Part shown: in pieces, positions 43,685 through 52,972 of the stretch
Position numbering within the stretch: position 1 is the first letter of the stretch
Layout of the letters: every line of letters begins with the position of its first letter
Origin: Alphaproteobacteria bacterium
Lineage (GTDB): Bacteria > Pseudomonadota > Alphaproteobacteria > RF32 > CAG-239
Assembly (NCBI GenBank): GCA_017626035.1
Contig: JAGAJR010000016.1
Span: 41,272 to 105,271 of the forward strand
Direction: 5' to 3'
Length of the DNA: 64,000 nucleotides
Made by a program: the position numbers and the translations under genes
The notes under the pieces: generated by a model
What the model was told of the DNA's origin: nothing
The model's input: only the letters and a program-made list of their open reading frames with translations
The model's database searches: none

Positions 43685-45574
43685 ATGAAACGTTTATACT
43701 ATTACATATCAGCAATATCTGTTCTGGTTTTGGGAATTTCAGGTTCTGTTTCCGCAATGATTAAATTTGACGTAAGTGCAACTTCGGGTAAAGTAACGGA
43801 AACGGTTTCCGAATGGGGCGGCAAAGCCAAAAAAATGATGGATGAAAATGCTACCCTGCAAACTTTGATTACCTATGGCAAAGCGGCGAAAGAAGCGGCA
43901 GCCAATTTGCAGGAAATGAAAAATGATGCCATGCAAGCGGTTGGGGATGTAACTTCCGCCGCTAATCAGATGAAAGAAGATGTTAATTCGACGGTAGGAG
44001 ATGTGGCCGGAGAAGTGAACGGTGTCGCCGGTACGGCAACGGGTGCTGTCGGAAACGTAACGTCCAAAACGCAAAGTGCCCAAGAGATTTTAAAACTTCA
44101 GAATGAGAAAAAAGAACTGGAAGATACGATTGAACAGGAAATTTTTGCTCAGGTAACGGAAATTACCGGAAAAATAAATGCTTTACAGCAAAACAATGCC
44201 GCACTCAGACAAAAAATACAAGAAGAACCTGACAAGAAATCGGAATATGAGGCAAGCATTGTTGCCAATGAAAGCAAAATAAAGGAACTTAATGAGGAAT
44301 CCCAGCAGATTTCGACAAATGTAAAATCACAGTATAGTTCACAATTAAGTGCTTTGGATGAACAAATCTCCGCGGCAAAATCAAAAGCCTCGGAAGAAGC
44401 AATGGGAGCGTTAAGTGACAATGCCGATAAATTAAAAGGTTTATTAGGCGGAGATGCTGCGGCCGAAGAATTAAATCAAACCGTAGACAATAACTTTATT
44501 CCGGCAGATACTCCGATTACGGTAGAAAGCCGCAAAAAAGTAATGGATTATCGAAAAAAAGTACAGGCTTTGGATACGATAAAAGCGGTTAATGCCGCCC
44601 TGTTCATCAAAAAAGATTTGGATGCCAGTAATGAACAGGGAGATAAAACCAAAGAAAAAGCTGATACCAGCGAAGGATTTTCGACCAAACCGGCAATGGG
44701 TATTCAGCTTAAAATTGACGAAATAAAGGCTTTGCTAAAATACACTAAGCTGTTGATGGCTGATATGAAAATGAAAACAGCGACAGATTTGGCCGGAATG
44801 AGTGAGGTTATGAAACTTAGAAATCCGGATAAGGATATCACATCATTTAATCTGGATGACTATAAATATAGTAAGTCTGATTGTAACAAGAAAGAAGGCG
44901 AAGAGAAAAAATCCCTGTTGGATAAAGCCAAAGATAAATACAAACAGGCTAAAAATATAATGAGTGAGGCTAAGGAGTACGGGGCTTTGGCTAAAGAAGC
45001 CATGAGCGTCGGCAAAGATGTGGCGTCTTCTTTCTCATCAGGTAAACGTTCCGGCGGCAGTTCCGGAGGAAGTTCTTCCGATGCAGGATATTCAGGAAAT
45101 ACGGAATATTATAACGCTGCTCCGTCTTACTCTTATGCCGGAGAAGAATATGAACAGCCGGACGAAGCTCCTGCCGAAGTAACTTACATAACCAGATATG
45201 TTGATGATATTCAATATGATGAGAACGGAAATCCGATTGAGGAAGAAGAAACGGAAGAAAATGAGGTTGCCGAAAAAACGGAAGGCAGTTATGAGAAAGA
45301 AGCCAGAACCCGGGCAGGTGCCGGTGTGGATGCAGATGCCATGACGCAGGATGAATATGAAAAAGCTGCACGGGCAGCCGGAAGTGCCGGTGTTGCTTCG
45401 GATTTCAGAATTGATAAGAAAACATCTGCTGTTGAAAAGAAGGATAGCGGGGAAGAGGGGGAATTATCTGCAAAACCACAGGTAAAAGCTTCTGCAGTTC
45501 CGCAAACAAGCGGCAGAAAGAGTTTTGGAACGGCACAAGTTGCGGTTTCTGCTAAAGCGGGAGAAAAGAAATGA
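43685..45574 (+). CDS. Secreted coiled-coil hypothetical protein (T4SS operon)
   Basis: 629 aa with a signal peptide. It shares the cassette GVD.DAM.QDEYEKAARAAGS.GV..DF..DKK and an SGRK(S/A)F motif with the ORF at 40515. Confidence 0.6.
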   Translation: MKRLYYYISAISVLVLGISGSVSAMIKFDVSATSGKVTETVSEWGGKAKKMMDENATLQTLITYGKAAKEAAANLQEMKNDAMQAVGDVTSAANQMKEDVNSTVGDVAGEVNGVAGTATGAVGNVTSKTQSAQEILKLQNEKKELEDTIEQEIFAQVTEITGKINALQQNNAALRQKIQEEPDKKSEYEASIVANESKIKELNEESQQISTNVKSQYSSQLSALDEQISAAKSKASEEAMGALSDNADKLKGLLGGDAAAEELNQTVDNNFIPADTPITVESRKKVMDYRKKVQALDTIKAVNAALFIKKDLDASNEQGDKTKEKADTSEGFSTKPAMGIQLKIDEIKALLKYTKLLMADMKMKTATDLAGMSEVMKLRNPDKDITSFNLDDYKYSKSDCNKKEGEEKKSLLDKAKDKYKQAKNIMSEAKEYGALAKEAMSVGKDVASSFSSGKRSGGSSGGSSSDAGYSGNTEYYNAAPSYSYAGEEYEQPDEAPAEVTYITRYVDDIQYDENGNPIEEEETEENEVAEKTEGSYEKEARTRAGAGVDADAMTQDEYEKAARAAGSAGVASDFRIDKKTSAVEKKDSGEEGELSAKPQVKASAVPQTSGRKSFGTAQVAVSAKAGEKK

Positions 45575-48500
45575 TGACGAGATTATATAAGATATTTTTT
45601 CTCTTAATTGTTTTTCTCTGTTTGAGCTTTTTTCTAAAACAAAATGCTTGGGCGTTTGGTTTGCTTCCGCCGGGACCTGTTTCTCCGACGGTAGACGGTC
45701 CGACGGATGTTCAATTTTCCTTAAAAGGGGTTGGTTCGGCAGCAACTAATATTCAAGCTCAGGCCAGTACCTATATGCAGGAACAGACAAAACTCATTAA
45801 AGCGGCAAAAAAGAAATATATGGATAAATTTACCGGCTTTATGGGCGGTTTGTTCAAGAAAAAGGAAAAGAAGGCTATTGCCGGAACTAAAGAAATTAAA
45901 GAAACCAAAATTGCCGATATTTATGATCCTGAATCTGTCTACAAGGCAATGTATAAACTGTTTTTGGCTTATCCGAGCAAAAAACAGGATTTAATGACCT
46001 GTTATCGTAATAAATCCGTGGAATTTTATCAGGATACCGTTATTGAGGTTTATACCTCCGTTCGACAGTTAGAAACACAGTTAAAAGAACTTGAGGTGGA
46101 AATAAACGGCCTCTCTGAAAAGTTGGTTGCCGGCAAAGGCGGAGATGGGGCTGAAAGCAATGAAGATGATATCGGAGTTTGGAAAAACTATTACACCGCT
46201 TTTGAAACGATGGACGAGTTGCTCCAGATTACGGAAGAATTGATGGCGATGAAAGCCCAATATGAAGCGGCAAGAACTGTTTCTCAAAGCATTGAACCAG
46301 CGGCTAAAGGAGATAAACAAAGTTCTCTGCTTGACGGTAAAATTGCCGATAATGAAATCGTGCTGGCTGAAAATAAAGCCGTTGTTCGTACCTTTGGCGA
46401 GAAAATTGTTTTAGCTCAGGCTCTGTCTAAAAATACATCGGCGGTTAAACTTCAAACCGCGGCATCTAAGACGCTGAATAGCAGCCGAAAAAGCTTTGGA
46501 ACAGCAAAGCAAAAAGCATCGGCTTCAATTCAGACTGTACAGCAAAAAATTCAGGCAACGAAGAGTGTTGCTCTTCAACCGGCAAACAAGGTTTTAAATA
46601 AAGCAGAAACAGCCGTTTTATCAAAAACGGAAAGCAATTTGACAAAAACAGCAGAATTAAAAACCAAACCGCTTTTGAAACAGTCCGAACAGCCCAAAAA
46701 ATTAGCAACACTGAAAGCTGATGGTGTCGGTTTAGCAACAACATCAGCGTTAGAACAAGCTACTGTTGTTGAACCTTTAAAAGCAGAAAAATTTTCAGCC
46801 GATAAACTTTCTGCTGATGCTGCTCCCATAACAAAATTGTCTGCAGCTTCAAAGAATGTTTCTGCAACGGTTGGCAGCGTAAGTAATATTGCAAAACAGA
46901 CTTCAATACAAATGCCAAGCAGTAAAACAAGTGCAAAAAAGGCAACTGCAGTAAAAACTTCCGGAACATTGAAAACAACATCCTCTCCTGCACTGGGATT
47001 GATTATGAGGACTCCGGCTAGCCGGGCAGAGCAGGAAGCTGATGCTTTGGCACGGCAGAGGATAAATTTTGAAGCGGAAAATAATTTGACCCGGACTGTT
47101 TCTTTAAATACGTCTTCTGCAGAGGAAGAAGAGGATGACGAAGATTATGAATATGATCCGGCAAATAACGGTTTTATGGATTTTGTCGACGCTCCGCCTT
47201 CTAATATGAAGTCCCCGTTTGCCGGCAATGAAGAAAAAATGGCCGAACTTGAAAAATTAAATCCGGTGTATGAAAAAGCTCAGGAAGCAATGGAAGTCCA
47301 TAACCTGATGAAATCTCTTCCGTCTTATCGGGAAATGTTTGAACAATATGAACAGATGAAAAAACTGCATGAACAGTCTTTGAAAGTTTTGAAAGATGCA
47401 GATCAGTGCAGTATCCAATTTTTGGGACGTTATTATAATAATCCGGAAAAAGTCTGGACAGGCAAAACAATTTCAGACGACCAGATTAACGAATATGACT
47501 TAAGAAGCGGAATTTCCGGCTGGGCAATTAAAAGTTTTGAAGTTGCAAAGGCCGAACAAACCTCTCCGGTTTCCATGGATGATTTTGGCGAAACGGAAGT
47601 TGACGTTGATATTGACAATTCGGATTTGGCTTCTGTCGAGAAAAACAAAAGTAAATATGAAAATCAGAGTACCGGAGGACTGGCAAATCCGAGTAAGGAA
47701 GAAGAACTGGAAAAAGTCAATCGCGAAACATCAATGATGAACTGGAAAATCGGTGCAGAGGCCGCTTCTCTGATTGTTCAAGATCAATATGGCGGCAAGC
47801 CGCAATGGGGAACGCCGAGCAAAAAGTTTCCGATTTGGAATGACCAAAAAACATTTTATACCCAATATATTGACGGCAAATATAATAATATTAAAGAATA
47901 TCTGAAAAATGTCGATGTGAATGATGTTGCCATTGAAATTGCTTTTAAGCTGAATGATTTGGTGCAAGATGCCAAAGAACGGGCCTATAATACACAAGAG
48001 TTGAATAAGCTGTCTTCCTTGATAACCCAAAAGAGGAACGGAGAAGAGACTGTTTCTGCTTCAACATTGCAAACGCTTTTGGACAGTAAGGAAAAGTCTT
48101 TGGAGGAAGCCAAACAGTCAAAAGAAACCCGCTTGGCCGGTCTGTTGAATCAAAAAGAGGCGATTAACGCCAAAATTGACAAAGCTTCTCAGTATATCAA
48201 AACATATAACCAGAGAATTAACCAGCTTTCTCAAGAAGCGATGGAGGCTCAAAACGAGCAGGAAACACTCAATGATTTGGTCAAGAGAATGGAAGAAGAG
48301 GAAGCCGAGGACGATAAGGAGCTCTATTATACGGTTAAAGAGGAAGAAGAGTTTGATGTAGAAATCACTCCGGAAACCGAAAAAGAAACGGTTGAATATG
48401 AAACGGAGTTAAAAGTAAATACTCCAAAACTTCCGGCGGCGGCTTCCGTTGCCAAGGCAGCATCGGCTGTTACGGCTCAGAAGGCGGCAAAAGTAACGAC

Positions 48501-51138
48501 CGAGGCCTCTAAAAATTTGAAGCAAATTAAGAAAACGGAAAAAGTTGCCGTAAAATCCATTGATACGGAAAAGCTTCAACGCCGCGAGAATTTGAAAAAT
48601 CAGATGAAAAACGAACTGAACGCGATTGCTAAAGACAATGCTTCTTATTCTGAATTTGATGATTTGGAAGCGAAGGCTCCGGTTCTGGAAAAAGCAGTTG
48701 GCAAAGTAAATAACAGCTTCAGAAAAAGAGCTGTCAGCCCGCTGGAAAAGCAGTCTTTTTATCGTCATTTTGAGACGATTGCTCTGGCGGACGTTCTAAA
48801 ACGGGATCAGGTTAGTGCTTTCAAAATGAATGCTTTGGAGAGCGTTGAGCAAATTAATGAAGAGGCTCAGGCCAGAAATGCGGCTAAAGCAGAGTTGAAA
48901 GACGCCTTGTCAAGCCGCCGTCCGTTTGCCAAAGAGACGGCAACGACAATTTCGTTGCAGACTTCGGATGCCGTTCCGACCAAAACGGAATATAAAACCA
49001 TTACCAAATTGGAAACGGCGGTAGTTGAAGGGAAACCGATAACCAAGATTCAAAAAGCTTTGCCTGAAAATGTTTCCTTAGCCGGTGTAACCGAGGCATC
49101 GCCTGTTCAGGCCTCTGTTCAAAAAATGTATACGCCGATAACCAAAGAGATTACAAAAACGGAAATTCAGGAAGCAGAAATAAAAACCTATACTCGTCAG
49201 GTTGAGAAGAAAGAAAGCTACACTTATGATGAAGACGGCCTGCAAATGAAAACGGCCAAGGAAAGCATAAGCGAGAGTGAAAAAGTTGCGGCAACTGCCG
49301 GTAAAAATAAAGAAAGCCTGCGTAAGGATGTCAAAACCAAAGAAGCCGAAATCGCAAAACTGCAGGAAGAACTGAAGTCTGTTGAAGATAAAATTAAAAG
49401 CGTTGAACAGGCTTATAATGTTCAAGTTCAGTTGATTGAAAGCAATTATGCGACGGATGTGGCTGAAGCTAAAGAGAAAATTGAACAAGGACGTGCCGCT
49501 AAACAGGTTGTGTCTTTGTTGGAACTCTATAACAATGACATTAAAACGACATTTAAAAATGCTTTGGGTTTGGTAGTGCCTTCTCCGGTTCTCAGTATTC
49601 TGAGCGAAACCGATACAATTGTGGAAGATACAAGGAATTATGCGGTTTCCGCTGTTGAAAAAGCCAGAAGCGACATTATGAACCTCGGGGATGAGCTTTA
49701 TACGCCGAAAAGCAATAAATTGGTGGTTAAACGCCATGCCGAATTAATGGATGAACTGAAAAATCTTCCGGTTGAACAATTAAGCAGTATTTCCGGTGCG
49801 GTTAAGGCAATTTCCGGAAAACCGGATATCATCGGGCTGGTAACGGGAGTATACCAACAGGCAATGGTTAATCAGGCGTGTGGCGGAGACAGTTGTAAAT
49901 CTGCGGATGATGAATATTTTGTCGGTATTGTCGGCAAAGAACGCGATTTTAAAGCTCCGAAGGCCATTCCGGAAGAATATCTGCCGCCGTTGAGAGAATT
50001 TACTTTCTTTGATGATACGGATTATGACAATGTTACCAGATTGGCCGATAACTCCATTACCAAAGACGGATTTATTAACAGCGGCAGCAAAATGCCTGAA
50101 ATTTGGAAACTGATGCTTCGTCCGCATGCTTTTGTGGAAAAAGATATTGATTTAAGCACGGCATTGGCTCTCGGCGGAGAAAACCTGACCTTTATGAGAG
50201 GCGGTATTCTGCCTTGCCGCACAGAAGGAAAAATACTCGATATCAATCCGGACGGAATGTATGTCGTTTATAAGGATGACGGAAGCGACATTCCGGAATG
50301 TAAAGAACTTAAGCTTGAAGGCAAGAGCGGCCTTCTCGGAAAAACGTCTTATAACGTGATTGATATTGCGGAAAATGTAAAAGGGCAGGCCATTGCCAAA
50401 GATAAAGCGGTTAATATCGGCACAACCTTGTCTCCGAAATGGATAACGCCGCAGCCGGATTCCGTAAATCCGAGTGAACTTGGTGTTCTCTTGCGGGCCG
50501 GAGACAATAATATATACTTTAATACTTCTGCAGCCAAAGTCTTTGAAAAATTGGCATCCGCTCAGAAGGAAATGAGTACTGCCGGCAATCAATATGAGGC
50601 TAATCTTGAAGATGAAGCGTTCAAACGTTCGCTTCTGAAACAAAACCAAATCGGAAATTTCCTGAACTTCGTGGAACTTGAAAAAGGATACCGTCAGGCA
50701 AAAGAAGAATTGGCCATCAGCATTGAAGAAGCGAAAGCAACTTTGTTTGAAACGCTGAAAAAGGTCGGATTTACACCGAATGAAAACTTGAATCTGGCCA
50801 ATAAAGACGATTATGAGTTGGTTCAAGGGCAATTGGATCGTTTGAAAAACAAACTGGTTGCCGATGGTTATGACGGAATGGAAGAAATTAAAACGACAGA
50901 TAATGCCGTCGTTGAAGAACGTCTTGAAAAATTGCAAAGAATTTTGGGGGCTTTACGAAAAGATAAAGATGAGTTAATCTCCATTTCGGAAATGACGCCG
51001 AGTGATGCCGAACTGGACGAACAAATTAAGTCCGAAGAGGTTAACAAGAAAGTCAATGACGAGTATTCTAACAAGGCGAAAGAAGCTTTCGAAAAACAGT
51101 TGGCGGCTTTCCCTAGACCTTATTGTGCATCCTATTGA
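45571..51138 (+). CDS. Giant (1855 aa) secreted, largely coiled-coil hypothetical protein (T4SS operon)
   Basis: Signal peptide (FFLKQNAWA) and no further hydrophobic helices seen. There are long K/E/A/T-rich helical stretches and a Cys-containing globular region near 49.8-50.5 kb. ATGA overlap with the upstream gene. Confidence 0.65.
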   Translation: MMTRLYKIFFLLIVFLCLSFFLKQNAWAFGLLPPGPVSPTVDGPTDVQFSLKGVGSAATNIQAQASTYMQEQTKLIKAAKKKYMDKFTGFMGGLFKKKEKKAIAGTKEIKETKIADIYDPESVYKAMYKLFLAYPSKKQDLMTCYRNKSVEFYQDTVIEVYTSVRQLETQLKELEVEINGLSEKLVAGKGGDGAESNEDDIGVWKNYYTAFETMDELLQITEELMAMKAQYEAARTVSQSIEPAAKGDKQSSLLDGKIADNEIVLAENKAVVRTFGEKIVLAQALSKNTSAVKLQTAASKTLNSSRKSFGTAKQKASASIQTVQQKIQATKSVALQPANKVLNKAETAVLSKTESNLTKTAELKTKPLLKQSEQPKKLATLKADGVGLATTSALEQATVVEPLKAEKFSADKLSADAAPITKLSAASKNVSATVGSVSNIAKQTSIQMPSSKTSAKKATAVKTSGTLKTTSSPALGLIMRTPASRAEQEADALARQRINFEAENNLTRTVSLNTSSAEEEEDDEDYEYDPANNGFMDFVDAPPSNMKSPFAGNEEKMAELEKLNPVYEKAQEAMEVHNLMKSLPSYREMFEQYEQMKKLHEQSLKVLKDADQCSIQFLGRYYNNPEKVWTGKTISDDQINEYDLRSGISGWAIKSFEVAKAEQTSPVSMDDFGETEVDVDIDNSDLASVEKNKSKYENQSTGGLANPSKEEELEKVNRETSMMNWKIGAEAASLIVQDQYGGKPQWGTPSKKFPIWNDQKTFYTQYIDGKYNNIKEYLKNVDVNDVAIEIAFKLNDLVQDAKERAYNTQELNKLSSLITQKRNGEETVSASTLQTLLDSKEKSLEEAKQSKETRLAGLLNQKEAINAKIDKASQYIKTYNQRINQLSQEAMEAQNEQETLNDLVKRMEEEEAEDDKELYYTVKEEEEFDVEITPETEKETVEYETELKVNTPKLPAAASVAKAASAVTAQKAAKVTTEASKNLKQIKKTEKVAVKSIDTEKLQRRENLKNQMKNELNAIAKDNASYSEFDDLEAKAPVLEKAVGKVNNSFRKRAVSPLEKQSFYRHFETIALADVLKRDQVSAFKMNALESVEQINEEAQARNAAKAELKDALSSRRPFAKETATTISLQTSDAVPTKTEYKTITKLETAVVEGKPITKIQKALPENVSLAGVTEASPVQASVQKMYTPITKEITKTEIQEAEIKTYTRQVEKKESYTYDEDGLQMKTAKESISESEKVAATAGKNKESLRKDVKTKEAEIAKLQEELKSVEDKIKSVEQAYNVQVQLIESNYATDVAEAKEKIEQGRAAKQVVSLLELYNNDIKTTFKNALGLVVPSPVLSILSETDTIVEDTRNYAVSAVEKARSDIMNLGDELYTPKSNKLVVKRHAELMDELKNLPVEQLSSISGAVKAISGKPDIIGLVTGVYQQAMVNQACGGDSCKSADDEYFVGIVGKERDFKAPKAIPEEYLPPLREFTFFDDTDYDNVTRLADNSITKDGFINSGSKMPEIWKLMLRPHAFVEKDIDLSTALALGGENLTFMRGGILPCRTEGKILDINPDGMYVVYKDDGSDIPECKELKLEGKSGLLGKTSYNVIDIAENVKGQAIAKDKAVNIGTTLSPKWITPQPDSVNPSELGVLLRAGDNNIYFNTSAAKVFEKLASAQKEMSTAGNQYEANLEDEAFKRSLLKQNQIGNFLNFVELEKGYRQAKEELAISIEEAKATLFETLKKVGFTPNENLNLANKDDYELVQGQLDRLKNKLVADGYDGMEEIKTTDNAVVEERLEKLQRILGALRKDKDELISISEMTPSDAELDEQIKSEEVNKKVNDEYSNKAKEAFEKQLAAFPRPYCASY

Positions 51139-51151
51139 GAAGAGAGCGTGA

Positions 51152-51910
51152 ATGAACGAACCAAATAACAGATTAGAAGGGACAAGAGTTTTATCCATAA
51201 CCGACGCCAACGGAATTCATAGAGAATTTGCCAGTGAGGTGGAACAGGAAGTATCAGGGTTTAAACTTAAATATTATATGTGGTTATCCCGCTTGTTTGT
51301 ATTATTTGCCGTGGCTTCTCTTCTGTTGTTTATGAGTTCGTCTCTTTCTTTGTTCAAATTGGCACCGTTGGTTACGGTGGAACCTTTTTTAATTATCCAG
51401 CAGGATTCTTCCGACGGAATTGTCCGTAATGAACCTATTGAATATAATATGGCTTCAAAAAATCAGTTAATGGAAACTTTTGTCCGTCAATATGTTTTGC
51501 TCAGAAATACGGTTATTTATGATGAAAAGGAAATGATGACCCGTTGGTATGGCGGCGGAATGCTGAATTTCCTTTCTGCTCCGAGAGTTTTCTCCGATTT
51601 TGAACAATACCGCGACAGCGTCTGGAACAAAATGCGTGAAGATGAACAAGTTCGGGAAGTCGAGATTATTTCTATCGGAAAACTCGGCGGTGAACGAAGC
51701 CCGGTGTGGAAAGTCGATTTCAAAACGTATGATTTGTCTGCGGTAGACAGAGATCAGAAAACTAAAGCACAAATTTTAACGGTGCGTTATTGGACGGCTT
51801 CCGTTACGGCATATTTTGTGCGGGAACGCGTATTTGTCGGTCTTCGGTTAATCAATCCTTTAGGTTTTACAGTTACAAGATATTCACAAACAGAGGTCGA
51901 AATCTTCTAG
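51152..51910 (+). CDS. virB8: VirB8-family T4SS protein, paralog 1
   Basis: N-terminal TM helix (LFVLFAVASLLLFMSSSLSLF), FVRQYVLLRN, and the conserved C-terminal NPLGFTVTRY motif of VirB8. Confidence 0.85.
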   Translation: MNEPNNRLEGTRVLSITDANGIHREFASEVEQEVSGFKLKYYMWLSRLFVLFAVASLLLFMSSSLSLFKLAPLVTVEPFLIIQQDSSDGIVRNEPIEYNMASKNQLMETFVRQYVLLRNTVIYDEKEMMTRWYGGGMLNFLSAPRVFSDFEQYRDSVWNKMREDEQVREVEIISIGKLGGERSPVWKVDFKTYDLSAVDRDQKTKAQILTVRYWTASVTAYFVRERVFVGLRLINPLGFTVTRYSQTEVEIF

Positions 51911-52014
51911 CTTGTTGATAAGTTGGGGATTTTATTGGGATGATGTTAGACTTTTAATTTAAAAGAGTATAACTTCAACATATCTATAGATAGAATTATT
52001 GAAAGGGACCTTTA

Positions 52015-52203
52015 ATGTATAAAAGATTTGTGATGGTTTTCCTCATCCTGCTGTTGACGGCCTGCGGTATTTTCGGTTCGTATTATGAAGCAGAACCTGT
52101 CGGCGTCGGTAAAGGTGTGGATGAGTTGAAGCTGTCTCCTTGTGCTTGTATGCAGCTTGATTTGCCGAAAGATTTGCCGGATTGGTTTGTGGAAACAATC
52201 TAA
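52015..52203 (+). CDS. Small lipoprotein, VirB7-like by position
   Basis: 62 aa. Lipobox LLLTACG. It lies between the virB8 copies and just upstream of virB9, where VirB7-type lipoproteins occur. There is no sequence-level proof. Confidence 0.5.
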   Translation: MYKRFVMVFLILLLTACGIFGSYYEAEPVGVGKGVDELKLSPCACMQLDLPKDLPDWFVETI

Positions 52204-52223
52204 GATAAGGGTTTTTATTCATA

Positions 52224-52958
52224 ATGGCAAATGCTCTCGGCGGAAATAATACGGAACAAAGACTGATTGGAAGCAGGGCTCAAGCGGCTCCGAGAAATAC
52301 ATCCCGTGCCAATGCGGATGTGTTTGTTGCCAATGTGGCCGAAAAAAGATATTTGTGGACGGCTCGTGCTTTCGCAATCATTACGGCCATCAGCTTATGC
52401 TGTAATGTTATTTTAATTTTGGCGATTATGCAGGTTTTGCCTTTATATCGTATTGAACCGTTTTTGCTGACATTCCAAAACAGGCAGGAACAAGTGTATA
52501 ATATCCAGCCGGTCAAAGGAGATTTGGCTGACGAAAAAGCAATTACCGAAGTGTTTGTCCGAGAATATGTTTTGCTCCGCAGCTCGTTCGATTTGGATAT
52601 TCCGGAAATGGAAGCCCGTTGGATGCCGGGCGGGCCGGTTCAGGAAATGTCTTCCGGTGCGGTTTATTCCGAATTCCTTGAAAAAACGGCTAAAAGGGCA
52701 CTGACGATTATTCGAACAAAAAGTATGATAAGAAATGTTCGTATTTTGACCGTAAATGAACTGGGAAAAGGTTTGTGGCAGGTGGAATACGAAACGCAGG
52801 ATATGTATCCGGATTCGTCAACGCCGGAAATCAATTATTGGACGGCATCTCTGCGGGTGGCTTATCGTCGGAAGAGCGTAAAGTATGGCGAAAGATTAAA
52901 AAATCCGGTCGGTTTTACGGTGGTACGTTACTCACTGACATATAATAAAGTAAAATAA
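52224..52958 (+). CDS. virB8: VirB8-family T4SS protein, paralog 2
   Basis: TM helix (AFAIITAISLCCNVILILAIM), FVREYVLLRS, and a C-terminal NPVGFTVVRY motif. It is a clear paralog of 51152-51910. Confidence 0.85.
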   Translation: MANALGGNNTEQRLIGSRAQAAPRNTSRANADVFVANVAEKRYLWTARAFAIITAISLCCNVILILAIMQVLPLYRIEPFLLTFQNRQEQVYNIQPVKGDLADEKAITEVFVREYVLLRSSFDLDIPEMEARWMPGGPVQEMSSGAVYSEFLEKTAKRALTIIRTKSMIRNVRILTVNELGKGLWQVEYETQDMYPDSSTPEINYWTASLRVAYRRKSVKYGERLKNPVGFTVVRYSLTYNKVK

Positions 52959-52972
52959 AGGTGTATTTTGTA

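Noticed and set aside
49078-50937. Minus-strand ORFs of 219, 115 and 261 aa inside the 1855-aa gene
   Set aside because: They are shadow frames of a K/E-rich coding strand, giving F/L/I-rich translations with no start context or motifs. The plus-strand frame is continuous for 5.5 kb.
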